DNA of 64,000 nucleotides from Opitutia bacterium (GTDB taxonomy: Bacteria > Verrucomicrobiota > Verrucomicrobiia > Opitutales > T3Sed10-336). Under the pieces are notes generated by a model. The model did not search any database, had not been told where the DNA came from, and was given only the letters and a program-made list of their open reading frames with translations. Location of the stretch: the NCBI GenBank assembly GCA_050506795.1, contig JBJHCF010000006.1, positions 1 to 64,000 on the forward strand, read 5' to 3'. Position 1 is the first letter of the stretch; the number at the start of each line of letters is the position of its first letter. The position numbers and the translations under genes were made by a program. Shown one piece after another: positions 19,913-30,867 of the stretch.

Positions 19913-21304
19913 TCATGGGCCTTCGGAAGAGAGGAGGCGGGGTTGTCCGAAGATCGTGCCCCGGTCGTCGTTTTTGAGCATCCATTGGTCCACCCGTTCC
20001 CGCATCGCCTGCAATCGATCGGCGTGTTGCGGATCGTCGGCGAGGTTGTGTTCTTCGCCGGGATCGTCGGCCAGGCTGTAAAGTTCTTCCGCCGGGCGTT
20101 CGTGGTAACGTCGCAAGATCGCGGCGGCTTCTTCATCGGATTCGGCGGCGGCTTCCCAGGTGGCGAAATAGTCGCGATGGGGTCTGTCGGGAAGATCGAT
20201 GTGGGTGGTGAACTTGAATTCCGGGTGGAGGTTGCGGATGTATTTCCAGTCGCCTGCGCGGAGGCTGCGCATGGGGTAGACATTGAAATTCCCGTCGCCG
20301 CTGTGGGTCGCGAAGATTTCCTCTCGGTGTTGTTCCTCTTTGCCGAGAAGGACGGCGAGAAACGAGCGGCCGTCGATGGTTTCGGGGGGCGTGCCCTCCG
20401 CCGCATCGACGAGGGTGGGAAGGAAATCGATCCAGTTGACCATCGCTTGCGTGCGGCTTCCGGGTTCGATCACCCCGGGCCAGGCGACGATGAGTGGCAC
20501 CCGGAGACCGGCCTCGTAAAGGTTCCATTTGGCAAAGGGCCATTGACTGCCATGGTCGCCGCTGAACAGCAACAGCGGTTGCTGTCGTGCGTTTTCCAAG
20601 GCGTCGAGAATCACACCCAGATCGTTGTCGGCGCGGGTGACGGCGGCGGCGTAGCGAGCCCGCCATTCACGGGTCTTTTCGGTATCGATCGATCCGGCGG
20701 GTAGGATGAGGTCGTTGGGATCGTAACCTTCAAACTCCTCCGGCCAAGGCATGTGCGGCCAGTTGCTTCCGATCAGGAGGCAAAGCGGTTTTTCTTCCTC
20801 CCAGTCTCGGTTCTTGATGAACTCCGCCGCCGCGGCGATTCCGCGGTGGTCGTGGAAGCCGTCGTGCGCGAAATAATCGAAGCCGTAGTCGGAAGTGTGC
20901 CGGTAATGGGAGACCTTGCCGTAAGCGACGACCTCGTAGCCGATTTCCTGGAAGTAGGCGGGCCATTTCATGACATGCTCGTGGGGCTTTACCTGGTTGG
21001 GTTCCGCACCGTGACGGGCGGGCATCAGGCCGGTCAGCAGGGAAGCGCGAGCCGGAGCGCAGGTAGGGGAGGGAACGAACGCGTAGTCGAAGGTCAGGCC
21101 GGCATCGGCCAGGCGTTGCATCTCCGGCGTTCGCATGTCCGGCGATCCGTACGGTTCGGTGTCGAAGTGGCTGTGGTCGTCGGTGATGAACACGACGATA
21201 TCCGGGGGCCGTTCCGTTTCAGCCGGGAGGGCTTCCGGGTGGAGTACGACCATTGTCGCGGTGGCGAGAACGCAGCTGAACCGGGCGGTGGTACGAATAT
21301 TCAT
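19913..21304 (-). CDS. Cys-type sulfatase (paralog A)
   Basis: Signal peptide; VFITDD; TCAPARASLLTG; GDHG. Confidence 0.93.
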   Translation of the reverse strand: MNIRTTARFSCVLATATMVVLHPEALPAETERPPDIVVFITDDHSHFDTEPYGSPDMRTPEMQRLADAGLTFDYAFVPSPTCAPARASLLTGLMPARHGAEPNQVKPHEHVMKWPAYFQEIGYEVVAYGKVSHYRHTSDYGFDYFAHDGFHDHRGIAAAAEFIKNRDWEEEKPLCLLIGSNWPHMPWPEEFEGYDPNDLILPAGSIDTEKTREWRARYAAAVTRADNDLGVILDALENARQQPLLLFSGDHGSQWPFAKWNLYEAGLRVPLIVAWPGVIEPGSRTQAMVNWIDFLPTLVDAAEGTPPETIDGRSFLAVLLGKEEQHREEIFATHSGDGNFNVYPMRSLRAGDWKYIRNLHPEFKFTTHIDLPDRPHRDYFATWEAAAESDEEAAAILRRYHERPAEELYSLADDPGEEHNLADDPQHADRLQAMRERVDQWMLKNDDRGTIFGQPRLLSSEGP

Positions 21305-21364
21305 CAATCGGTTTGGCTTGTGGTTAAAGGTGATGGCTCGACCGGATGCGGGAGGAGGAAGGTG

Positions 21365-22786
21365 TCAGTTGCCTGGCGGCGCGTCCGGACCGTAGCTGGA
21401 CGGATCGCTTAGCAATCTGGGTTCGGCGTAGACACGTCCTTCGTCATCGTTTTCCCGCATCCATGCCTCGACTCTCGCACGCATCGCCTCCAGACGGGCT
21501 GCGAATTGCGGGTCGTCGGCGAGGTTGGTTTGCTCTCCGGGGTCGGCGGCCAGGTCGTAGAGTTCTTCGGCCGGTCGTTCGTGGTAACGGCGGACGATCG
21601 CCGCCGCCTCGTCGTTCGTTTCCGCGGCGGCTACCCAGGAATCGAAGATTTCGCGTCCGTCGACCGGTTGTCCCAGGTCGATATGCGTGGTGAAGGCGAA
21701 TTCCGGGTGGAGGTTGCGAATGTATTTCCAGTTGCCTTCGCGAACGCTGCGCATGGGGTAGATATTCCAACGCCCGTCGCCGCTGTGCGTGGCGAACATT
21801 TCGTCGCGGTGGTCATCCCGTACGCCCCGCAGCACCGGATAAAAGGAACGGCCATCAATGGCATCCGGCGGTTCGCCGCCCGCCGCCTCGACCAGCGTCG
21901 GCAGAAAATCAATCCAGTTGACCATCGCATCCGTGCGGCTGCCCGGTTCGACCACTCCCGGCCAGGCGACGATGACGGGCACCCGGATGCCGGCTTCGTA
22001 GAGGTTCCATTTGCCGAAAGGCCATTGGCTTCCGTGGTCGGTGGAAAACAGCACCAAAGGTTCCCTCTCAGCGTGCTCGAGGGCGTCGAGAACCACGCCG
22101 AGGTCGTCGTCGGCGCGGGTGACCGCGGCGGCATAACGTGCGCGCCAGATGCGGGTTTCCACCGTATCGAAGGAGCCCGGGGGAAGGATCAACTCGTCCG
22201 GTTCGTAGCCTTCGAACTCCTGCGGCCACGGGACGTGCGGCCAGTTGCTGCCGACCATGAGGCAAAGCGGCTTGTCGTTATCCCAGTCCCTGTTTTCAAT
22301 CATTTCGGCGGCGGCGGCGATGCCCCGATGATCGTGGAAGGTGTCGTGGGCGTAGTGATCGAAGCCGTATTGGTAGGTGTGCCGGTAGTGGGCCACTTTG
22401 CCTAAAGCGACCACCTCGTATCCCAGTTCCTGGAAGTAGGCGGGCCACTTTTTGACGTCCGGGTCGGCCCGGGCGTGATTGGGTTCCGCGCCGCTGCGGG
22501 TGGGCATCAATCCGGTCAACAGAGAAGCGCGGGCCGGGGCGCAGGTCGGCGACGGGACGTAGCCGTACTCGAAAGTCATGCCGGCTTCGGCCAGGCGCCG
22601 CATGTTCGGCGTGCGCAAGTCCGGCGAACCGTAGGGTTCCGTATCGAAATGGCTGTGGTCGTCGGTGATGAACACGACGATATCCGGTCTTCGTTCGTTT
22701 TCGGCCGCCATCGCCCCGGCGCAAAGCAAAGCGAGGGTGCTCGAAAACAGATTCGAACGTGAGAAAAAGGTTTTTGGAATCTTCAT
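21365..22786 (-). CDS. Cys-type sulfatase (paralog B)
   Basis: Signal peptide; TCAPARASLLTG; highly similar to the adjacent paralog. Confidence 0.93.
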   Translation of the reverse strand: MKIPKTFFSRSNLFSSTLALLCAGAMAAENERRPDIVVFITDDHSHFDTEPYGSPDLRTPNMRRLAEAGMTFEYGYVPSPTCAPARASLLTGLMPTRSGAEPNHARADPDVKKWPAYFQELGYEVVALGKVAHYRHTYQYGFDHYAHDTFHDHRGIAAAAEMIENRDWDNDKPLCLMVGSNWPHVPWPQEFEGYEPDELILPPGSFDTVETRIWRARYAAAVTRADDDLGVVLDALEHAEREPLVLFSTDHGSQWPFGKWNLYEAGIRVPVIVAWPGVVEPGSRTDAMVNWIDFLPTLVEAAGGEPPDAIDGRSFYPVLRGVRDDHRDEMFATHSGDGRWNIYPMRSVREGNWKYIRNLHPEFAFTTHIDLGQPVDGREIFDSWVAAAETNDEAAAIVRRYHERPAEELYDLAADPGEQTNLADDPQFAARLEAMRARVEAWMRENDDEGRVYAEPRLLSDPSSYGPDAPPGN

Positions 22787-22892
22787 AAGTCGGTTGTTTG
22801 GGATTGGGGAAAGGGTGAGGCAATAGGGGGCAGGCGACAACACCGATATATATCTCTTCCAGGGTCGCGACGGCCGGATCAATGCGGGCGAC

Positions 22893-22908
22893 GTGCATAT
22901 CGGTGCAC
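22893..22908. promoter_or_regulatory. Putative LacI operator copy 1
   Basis: Imperfect palindrome GTGCATATCGGTGCAC; 15 bp identical (inverted) at 24116-24130 and nearly identical at 38004-38018. Confidence 0.72.
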
Positions 22909-23036
22909 GATTTGGGAAAAACTATGGCGCGGCGACGATGGTGAAGCCCAATGCGGTTGCGTTCGGCTATGGGTCCGGCATCATCGGACATCATGAAAGA
23001 AGCTGTGTGCAGAGTTCGGAGTTGGACGCCTGTTTT

Positions 23037-24065
23037 ATGAGTACCGCTCCCACCATGAAGGACGTGGCGGAGCGCGCCGGCGTTCACCACTCCACGGTTT
23101 CCCGGGTACTGAGCAACAGCCGGAAGATCACGGAGAGCACCAGGCAAAGGGTACTCAAGGCCATCGAGGAACTTGGGTACCGTCCGAATCCGTACGTCAG
23201 CATCCTCATGCGGAGCCGAAGCCGGAGGCTGCGACCCGGGGAGGGCGCCACGATCGCCCTGGTGAACACCTTTCCGACCCGTAAGGGCTGCATCGAGCAG
23301 TTCCCTCTGCTGGAACCCGCCTTTGCCGCAGCCGCGAGACAGGCGGAATCGCGCGGCTTTCTTCTGGAGGAGTTCTGGGCGCCTTTGGGTAAGGTGTCGC
23401 CGGAGCATTTGAGCCGGATGCTGTGGACTCGTAACATTACCGGAGTATTCCTGGCTCCGTTTCCGCGTGTGGTCGAGCGATACGACATGGATTGGAATAG
23501 ATTCTCCGCTATCGCGTGGGGAATGAGCCTGCAAGAAAGGCGCATTCATCGGGTGCGGGGGAATCACTTCGACAGCGTAATAATCGCCATGGATGAGTGT
23601 CACAAGCGAGGCTACCGGCGTGTTGGTCTATTGAGGCTTTTGGAAGGAAACGCACATTCCGGAATACGACATGAGGCGGCCTATCTGTTTAAACAGAAGG
23701 AGTTCGGCGTGATAAATCCACCTACGCCGCTGGTTGCGCCATACAATTCAAAGGGAATTTTTCTGGAGTGGTTCCATAGAGAAAGGCCGGATGCGATTCT
23801 GGTGGAGCGCCGTCCGTACTTTATCGATTGGTTGCGCGAGGAAGGAATCCGGATTCCCGAAGATCTCGGGGTCGCCACCTTGATCCGCCATTCCGGCGAT
23901 CCCGCTTCAGGACTGCTTGCCACCTGGGACTTGCAGGCGATTGCTGGCATCAACTTTATCATCGACCTTCTGGCCACCAACACTGTCGGTCTGACCGACT
24001 CGCCGACCACGTTGATGGTCCAGCCCCATTGGCAAGAGGGCGAGACGTTGCCACCCCGCAGGTGA
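23037..24065 (+). CDS. LacI family transcriptional regulator
   Basis: PTMKDVAERAGVHHSTVSRVL..ELGYRPN; IPEDLGV. Confidence 0.93.
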   Translation: MSTAPTMKDVAERAGVHHSTVSRVLSNSRKITESTRQRVLKAIEELGYRPNPYVSILMRSRSRRLRPGEGATIALVNTFPTRKGCIEQFPLLEPAFAAAARQAESRGFLLEEFWAPLGKVSPEHLSRMLWTRNITGVFLAPFPRVVERYDMDWNRFSAIAWGMSLQERRIHRVRGNHFDSVIIAMDECHKRGYRRVGLLRLLEGNAHSGIRHEAAYLFKQKEFGVINPPTPLVAPYNSKGIFLEWFHRERPDAILVERRPYFIDWLREEGIRIPEDLGVATLIRHSGDPASGLLATWDLQAIAGINFIIDLLATNTVGLTDSPTTLMVQPHWQEGETLPPRR

Positions 24066-24115
24066 GCCGTTTGGCCTGCGCGCGAAGGCGCGACACAGCG
24101 TTCCAGGACGAACTT

Positions 24116-24130
24116 GTGCACCGATATGCA
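24116..24130. promoter_or_regulatory. Putative LacI operator copy 2
   Basis: GTGCACCGATATGCA, upstream of the rightward sulfatase operon. Confidence 0.72.
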
Positions 24131-24399
24131 TGACTAATGGGTTGTGCGAAGTTCGAGAGGTGTGGTTGTGTTGAGGCAAATATGTATATCAACGTGAGCC
24201 TCGTTTTATCCCTGGTTCCAGCCAGGCTCTTCGAAATCTCGAACAAACCTGCACGAGATAAAACCGTTATCGACGCAATGCTGTTGCCGATTGGGAGATG
24301 GGTATGATTTACGGAAGTGACGCTCTGTGGGGCCGGTATGCCGGCGATTCGCTTGTTGGGACTCGCCCGGCGAGCGTGCGGAACAGGTGGAATTCAGGG

Positions 24400-25833
24400 A
24401 TGGCGAGCGGTATTCGTTTCCTCCTGCTGGCGCCGGTCTGGATCTTCTGCGCGCTCGCCTCCCCGGCGCAGGCGAAAGGGGATCGACCGAATATCCTGCT
24501 GTTTATTTCCGACGATCTGACCTGGCACGATGTGGGACCGATGGGCAACGATGTCGTTCGGACGCCCCACCTCGATCGCCTGGCGAGCGAGGGTATGCTG
24601 TTGACCCACATGTTCACGGGAACGGCGATGTGCTCGCCGAGCCGCCAGCAGATTTACACCGGTTTGCACCCCGTGCGAAACGGCGCCTACCCGAACCATT
24701 CGCGGGTTTACGAGGGGGTGCGGTCCCTGGCGCACCATATTGGGGAGCTCGGCTACGCTGCGGCCTTGAAAGGGAAACGGCATTACGGTCCTCCCGAATC
24801 TTTCCCATTCGAGCACCTGGGAGGCATGCATCACGATCCGGGACCGCAAGCGGGTCTGGATCTGGATCTCGATCGGGTGAAGTCGTACATTGAAGAGGCC
24901 GGCGAGAAGCCGTGGTGTGTCGTGGTGGCGACCAACCAGCCGCACACGCCCTGGAATCGCGGCGATGCCGGGGACTATGATCCCGCGGATGTTTACGTAC
25001 CGCCCTACCTTCTGGATATTCCCGCGACCCGCCGGGCGTTGACCCGTTATTACGCGGAGATCACGTATATGGACAGTCAGGTCGGCCGGTTGCTCGAAAT
25101 CCTAGACGAAACCGGCAGGGCGGAAAATACGGTCGTGATTTGGACCAGTGAGCAGGGCGCGGGATTGCCGTTTGCGAAATGGACCTGTTACGACGCGGGA
25201 TTGCGCGCGCCCACGATAATCCGCTGGCCCGGAGTGATCGAAGCCGGAGGCGAAAGTGCGGCATTGATTGAATACATCGACGTGGTTCCGACATTGGTGC
25301 GAATCGCGGGCGGAGATCCCGGGACGATCGACACCGGAATCGACGGCGCACCCGATGGTGGGCGCGGGTTCGATGGGCGAAGCTTCCTTTCGGTTCTCCT
25401 GGGAGAGACCGGCACCCACAAGGAATATGTGTTCGGTATCCAAACCACGCGTACCATTCATCAAGGGTCCGATGCCTATCCGATCCGATCGGTGCGCGAC
25501 GACCGTTACAAGTTGATTTGGAACGTCGCTCCCGAGGAGACCTTCCGGAATTTAATGACCGCCGGCGGACCCGCCGGGCTTTGGAACGATTGGGTGGGTG
25601 CGGCTGAATCCGATCCGCACGCCGCACATTTGGTGGAGTGGTACCAACGCCGTCCGGAGTTCGAGTTATACGATTTGGAGAGCGATCCGTACGAAACCAC
25701 GAATCTGATCGACGAACCGGAACACGAAGCCACGGTCGAGCGCCTGCGGAAGGAGCTTGAATCATGGATGGACCGGCAGGGGGACGAGGGATTGGACACC
25801 GAACTTAAAGCTGAAGCGAGAACTGCGAATTAA
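24400..25833 (+). CDS. Cys-type sulfatase
   Basis: RPNILLFISDD; MCSPSR. Confidence 0.92.
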   Translation: MASGIRFLLLAPVWIFCALASPAQAKGDRPNILLFISDDLTWHDVGPMGNDVVRTPHLDRLASEGMLLTHMFTGTAMCSPSRQQIYTGLHPVRNGAYPNHSRVYEGVRSLAHHIGELGYAAALKGKRHYGPPESFPFEHLGGMHHDPGPQAGLDLDLDRVKSYIEEAGEKPWCVVVATNQPHTPWNRGDAGDYDPADVYVPPYLLDIPATRRALTRYYAEITYMDSQVGRLLEILDETGRAENTVVIWTSEQGAGLPFAKWTCYDAGLRAPTIIRWPGVIEAGGESAALIEYIDVVPTLVRIAGGDPGTIDTGIDGAPDGGRGFDGRSFLSVLLGETGTHKEYVFGIQTTRTIHQGSDAYPIRSVRDDRYKLIWNVAPEETFRNLMTAGGPAGLWNDWVGAAESDPHAAHLVEWYQRRPEFELYDLESDPYETTNLIDEPEHEATVERLRKELESWMDRQGDEGLDTELKAEARTAN

Positions 25834-25868
25834 ATGGATCGCACTATGCGATTCCTGAAAAACCCACC

Positions 25869-28800
25869 ATGAATAGTAAATTGGAAACGCAACGTTGTCT
25901 TCGCCGGATCTCCTGGAGTCCGATCGTCCTTCTCGTTGGATTCATCACCCAAACCGTGTTTGCCGACACGCACGAGCCTGCGGAGTTGGGGCGGGTTCCG
26001 GTGGAGGCCGACGCGGTGCTGGACCATTCCGGTAACGGGAATCACCTGAGGACCTTCGCCATCGGTACCTCGCCAATGTATGTGGATGACGTGCCTTTCG
26101 ACCCGGTTCCCCAAAACGGCGAAAACAACACCCGATCGCTGCGCTTCAGCCCGAATCAGGATATATACACGTCGGGCAAACCGATCAACACCCATGAGTT
26201 CGACGAGTGGACGATCGAAGTTTCGTTCAAAGCCTTCAGTCCCGGAGTCGGAGATCAGGGCATCTTGGGAAAGGACGGTGAGCCGCTGCCCGGATTCGGT
26301 ACCTCACCAATATCGTTGCGCCTGCTCGAAGAGTTTGATGGAGAACTCGAATTCGGAATGATGGACAACTCGAGTGTCCACCGCTTCGTCTATACGGATG
26401 CTCCGCAGGCGGGAGAATGGTACAGTGTGGCCGTCACCGCAACCGCCACCGAGCTCAAACTTTTCGTCAAGGGACCTGGAGATTCGGATTACGTGGAGCG
26501 GGATAGCGCGACGATTAACGGGGCGTTCCCCGGACCGGAAGTCTATCAAAACATTGATGGCGAGGATTTCGACAGAACCTGGACGATCGGGCGTGGAATG
26601 TGGGACGGCAATTTCATTTTCTTCGATGGCCAGATCGATGAAGTGCGGATTTCGGAAGCGGCGCTGTCTCCTTCGGAGTTTTTGGGTTCGGATGGAGATA
26701 GTGAGGCTGTGCTGGAATCCACGGTGGCCTACTGGCGTTTCGAGGAGGAAGGGGTTTTAATCGAGCATCGCTGGATCGCCGATACGGACGATTTTGAGGA
26801 TGGGAGCAACTGGCAGCACGGGATCGTCCCAGGCGAAGGCCAGTGGGCTATTGTCGACAACGGAGGGACCGCTCAGTGGAATTCGAGCGAGGACCATGTG
26901 ATCGGCGAACTCCGTCCGGGCTGGTCCGGCCCGGGTGGCATGGAGATTTCCGGGGGCGGAACGTTCACGAACACCGGTTGGGTGCGGGTCGGTGTGGATT
27001 CCGGAGCGGGTAACGTCGGAAGTCTGACGCTCTCCGGCAACGGCACCGTCCTGGAGAACACGGGCGGCGGCAACACCAGGATTGGAGACGGCGCACCCGA
27101 TTCGACGGGAGTTATGACCATCGAAGAGGGCGCGACCTATAATCATTCCAGCAGCGGCAATTTTTGGTTGGGGGGAACGGATGCTTCCAACGAAGGAACG
27201 CTGAATCTGAATGGTGGATCGCTCAACAAGACTGCTGGATTGAATCTGATCGTCGGCGATTTCGGTAACGGGACGTTCAATCATAATTCCGGCGCATTAA
27301 CCATGAACGCAGGCGCCCTTTGGGTGGGCGCCGCCGGCGGTTCCGGTACCTACAATTTCTACCAGGGCTCCATCGACCTTGGTTCGATCATGCACGTGGG
27401 AACCGGTCAGGGGACGGGAGTGATGAACATGGAAGGAGGGGTGTTGAACACTTCCATTGAGATCTGGGTAGGACAGGGCGCCGGTTCCACCGGCACCCTC
27501 AATTTCTCCGGCGGCGAATTGAATACCAGCCACTGGTTCGTTGTGGGACGCCAGGGCGCCACCGGCACCCTCGCCATGACCGGAGGGGTCATCAACCACA
27601 CCTCCACCATCGGGCAGTTTCGCGTGGCCGCTCCCGGGCCCGGGGTGGGTACTTTCCAGATGGCGGGTGGTGTGGTGAATATCGAACATAACAATCTGGA
27701 TATCGGGATGGGTGGTGTCGCGTCGGGCGAGGTCACGATTTCCGGCGATGCGGAAATGAATATTTTCGAGGGAATCGTCGAGATGGCGGCCACCGAGGAT
27801 ACCTCCGCCGTCCTGAATCTTGACGGCGGATTTCTCAGAACGGGACGTATTCTGGGAGGGGCGGGATCGTCGACCGTCAACTTGAATGGAACGCTGATCC
27901 GGGCCACGAGGAGCGAAACGGACTTCCTTGGCAATATCACCGATGTCGGCATCGGCGAGGGTGGGTTCCACTTCGACTCCGGCGAATTCGACGTTATAAT
28001 CGAGGGCGACCTCTCAGGGTCCGGCGGGCTCACCAAGGAGGGTTCAGGCAGTCTCCGCCTGCCCGGCGCCTCCTCTTACCAGGGGTCGACGGAGGTTCTG
28101 GAGGGGCTTCTTGCATTGAGTACGGCCTCGGAATTGGTTGGAGACGTCAACGTGGCGGACGAAGCGGCGCTGGCGGTTGACGTCTCGGCCCAGAACGGGA
28201 CGTTGGCCCTCGGATCCTTTTCGTTGGGAGAATCCACGGAAATAACGATCGATTTTTCACGCGTTTCGGAAATCGATGCCGCGGTGCTTTCGGTTGATTC
28301 GCTGGCGTTGGAGGGCACGGTGATCGTGAACGTAGTGGGAGGCGTTCCGGGAATCGGCGGGTTTCCCCTCATCGATTACATCAATCGCAGCGGAGGCGGT
28401 GCGTTCGAACTTGGTACACTGCCTCCGGGGGTGGAAGCGTCGCTGGACGACGATGCAGACGGCAAAGTCCTCAATATCAACGTATCCAGCGCGATAGATC
28501 TTGTCTGGGACGGCACGGTGAACGGCGTTTGGGACATCGAGTCGACGGCGAACTGGATCGATGCGATTACGGATCAGGCCAGCGAGTACATCGATGGTGT
28601 GCCGGTGCTGTTCAACGACCTGGCTGCCGGGACGACCGATATCGAACTGAACGCCACTGTGTCTCCGGCTCGGGTCATTTTCGACCACGGCAACGAAGAC
28701 GAAGGAGCGATCGAAACCTACACTTTAAGTGGCGCCGGCGGAATCGCCGGTGGCGCCGGTTTGACGAAACGCGGTGGAGGAACCTTGGTAATCGAGACGG

Positions 28801-30857
28801 TCAACTCCTATACCGGTCCAACCGAGATCCACGGCGGGGTGCTGAGTGTGAATGCGTTCCCGGACGGCGGAGAGGCCGGTCCGATCGGCGCTTCGTCCGC
28901 GGCGCCGGAAAACCTGTTGCTGGGCGGTGGAAGCCTGCTGCGCTATACCGGGACCGGCGCGAGCAGTAATCGCGGCTTCACCATCGGAAGTGGGATCAAC
29001 ACAATTGATACGCCCAATGGGAATCTGGCCCTCGGGGGCGCGGTGGCGATTGGTGAAAGCGGTGAGCGGCGCTTCTTGAAGACCGGTTCCGGCGCCCTGA
29101 GATTGGTCTCACCCGGCGAGAATTTCCTCGGTCAGAGCGGAACGAATCCTACGGTCGAAGTTCGCGAAGGTGCGATTGAATTCGATGGCGGGGAAAATCA
29201 GATCACATTCGTCAACGGGATGATTTGGGCGGGCCAAGGCGCCGAATCGGATGGAACGGTCAGAGTACACAGCGGCGAACTCAGCTTGACATCCAACTTG
29301 GTAATCGGGCGCGAACAAGGCGTCGGTTTCGGTGAGTTGACCGGAGGCGTCCTAAACGTGAATGGCAATGTCATCGTCGGCAATCATTCCGGAAGCAACG
29401 GGACGTTCGTGCAGTCCGGCGGAACGGCAAACTTCCTCGGTGAATTCTGGATCGGAGAAGCAGGCGCCGATGGCACCTACACGCTGTCCGCCGGCGCGAT
29501 CAATGCCTCCAGATGGTTCGTGATTGGCCGGGGCGGTTCCGGGAGCTTTGAAATGACGGGGGGCTCGATCCACCAGGATGCGGTGGGCGAGAACTTCAAT
29601 GTCGCTCCTCGCGGAAGTTCCGTGAGCACGTTCGATCAAAGCGGCGGTACGGTCGTTGTTGAGTTCGCCAATTTTAACGTCGGCATATTCGACCAGGCGG
29701 TCGGTGTCGTTACGTTTTCTGACGAAGCCGATTTCCGGGTGGAACAAGGTATCCTGCAGATTGGCGTCAACGCCGAAACCCAAGGCACGGTCAACCTCGA
29801 CGGAGGCCTCTTCAAGACAGGTCAGATCGTCGGAGGCGCGGGGACTTCCATTCTCAATATGAACGGAGGCGAATTGTTGGCGAGCCGCGACAATGTGAGT
29901 TTTATCACGGGTCTGGACGAGGCCAATATCGAAGCGGGGGGGCTGAACCTCAATACCGGCGGTTTCGCTTTGACGACGTCCCAGGACTTTTCCGGATCGG
30001 GCGCGGTTTCCGTTTCCGGGGGCGGGTCCGTGACGCTGAACGGAAACCTCCCGGATATCTCCGGACTTGACCTGGTTGACGGCGCCACCTTGCGCGGCGT
30101 GGGGGAAATCGGGGCGACGGTCGGCGTAAGCGCCGACGCCACCCTGGCGCCGGGCGACTCGTTCGGTGTGCTCACGGTCGAAGGCGCCGACATCGAAGGC
30201 GCCCTGCGTATCGAAATCGACGGCGCCGAGACCGGGTTCTTGAACGTCGCCGGCTCCCTGGATATCGGCGATGCCACTTTGGTGATCGCAGGATTGGGTG
30301 ACGGGATTTTTACGGGTGAGGTGTATGAGATAGCTGAATACAACAATTTGATCGGAGAGTTTCAGTCCGTTGTCCTGCCGGCGGGGTACGGCTACGAAAT
30401 CGATTACAACGCCCAGGGGCAAAACCGCATCGCGATCATGTTTGCGGAGGCGCCCGTGGGTGGAATCGAAGACTGGCGTCTGCTCCACTTTGAAACCGCG
30501 GAAAACGCCGGCCATGCCGCCGATGGGGCCGATCCCGACGGCGACGGAGTTCGGAATCTTCTGGAATACGCTCTCGGTACCGACCCCAACGTGCCCGGTG
30601 CCGCTTTCGGCGACCCAGAGGATGGCGGATTCCGGTTTGGTCGTAACGGTGGTTTCCTGGAGTTGACCTTTAGTCATATTGCGGACCCGGCCCTGGCGTA
30701 CCACATCGAGGCCTCAAGCGCCCCGGGGACTGGTTGGGAGGTCGTTGAAACGTTGACATTTTCGGTGGAGGGAGTCACGACCTACACGGACACGGTACCC
30801 ATTTCCGATAATCCGACGCGCTTCCTGCGCCTCAGGATCGAGCGTGTCGATGATTGA
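25869..30857 (+). CDS. Large secreted protein: LamG-like domain + PATR/beta-helix repeats + conserved C-terminal domain
   Basis: Signal peptide; FDGQIDEVRIS..AYWRFEE (LamG); GGLTKEGSGSLRL..YQGSTEV; DPDGDGVRNLLEYALGTDP..FLRLRI. Confidence 0.9.
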   Translation: MNSKLETQRCLRRISWSPIVLLVGFITQTVFADTHEPAELGRVPVEADAVLDHSGNGNHLRTFAIGTSPMYVDDVPFDPVPQNGENNTRSLRFSPNQDIYTSGKPINTHEFDEWTIEVSFKAFSPGVGDQGILGKDGEPLPGFGTSPISLRLLEEFDGELEFGMMDNSSVHRFVYTDAPQAGEWYSVAVTATATELKLFVKGPGDSDYVERDSATINGAFPGPEVYQNIDGEDFDRTWTIGRGMWDGNFIFFDGQIDEVRISEAALSPSEFLGSDGDSEAVLESTVAYWRFEEEGVLIEHRWIADTDDFEDGSNWQHGIVPGEGQWAIVDNGGTAQWNSSEDHVIGELRPGWSGPGGMEISGGGTFTNTGWVRVGVDSGAGNVGSLTLSGNGTVLENTGGGNTRIGDGAPDSTGVMTIEEGATYNHSSSGNFWLGGTDASNEGTLNLNGGSLNKTAGLNLIVGDFGNGTFNHNSGALTMNAGALWVGAAGGSGTYNFYQGSIDLGSIMHVGTGQGTGVMNMEGGVLNTSIEIWVGQGAGSTGTLNFSGGELNTSHWFVVGRQGATGTLAMTGGVINHTSTIGQFRVAAPGPGVGTFQMAGGVVNIEHNNLDIGMGGVASGEVTISGDAEMNIFEGIVEMAATEDTSAVLNLDGGFLRTGRILGGAGSSTVNLNGTLIRATRSETDFLGNITDVGIGEGGFHFDSGEFDVIIEGDLSGSGGLTKEGSGSLRLPGASSYQGSTEVLEGLLALSTASELVGDVNVADEAALAVDVSAQNGTLALGSFSLGESTEITIDFSRVSEIDAAVLSVDSLALEGTVIVNVVGGVPGIGGFPLIDYINRSGGGAFELGTLPPGVEASLDDDADGKVLNINVSSAIDLVWDGTVNGVWDIESTANWIDAITDQASEYIDGVPVLFNDLAAGTTDIELNATVSPARVIFDHGNEDEGAIETYTLSGAGGIAGGAGLTKRGGGTLVIETVNSYTGPTEIHGGVLSVNAFPDGGEAGPIGASSAAPENLLLGGGSLLRYTGTGASSNRGFTIGSGINTIDTPNGNLALGGAVAIGESGERRFLKTGSGALRLVSPGENFLGQSGTNPTVEVREGAIEFDGGENQITFVNGMIWAGQGAESDGTVRVHSGELSLTSNLVIGREQGVGFGELTGGVLNVNGNVIVGNHSGSNGTFVQSGGTANFLGEFWIGEAGADGTYTLSAGAINASRWFVIGRGGSGSFEMTGGSIHQDAVGENFNVAPRGSSVSTFDQSGGTVVVEFANFNVGIFDQAVGVVTFSDEADFRVEQGILQIGVNAETQGTVNLDGGLFKTGQIVGGAGTSILNMNGGELLASRDNVSFITGLDEANIEAGGLNLNTGGFALTTSQDFSGSGAVSVSGGGSVTLNGNLPDISGLDLVDGATLRGVGEIGATVGVSADATLAPGDSFGVLTVEGADIEGALRIEIDGAETGFLNVAGSLDIGDATLVIAGLGDGIFTGEVYEIAEYNNLIGEFQSVVLPAGYGYEIDYNAQGQNRIAIMFAEAPVGGIEDWRLLHFETAENAGHAADGADPDGDGVRNLLEYALGTDPNVPGAAFGDPEDGGFRFGRNGGFLELTFSHIADPALAYHIEASSAPGTGWEVVETLTFSVEGVTTYTDTVPISDNPTRFLRLRIERVDD

Positions 30858-30867
30858 GCATTATACT

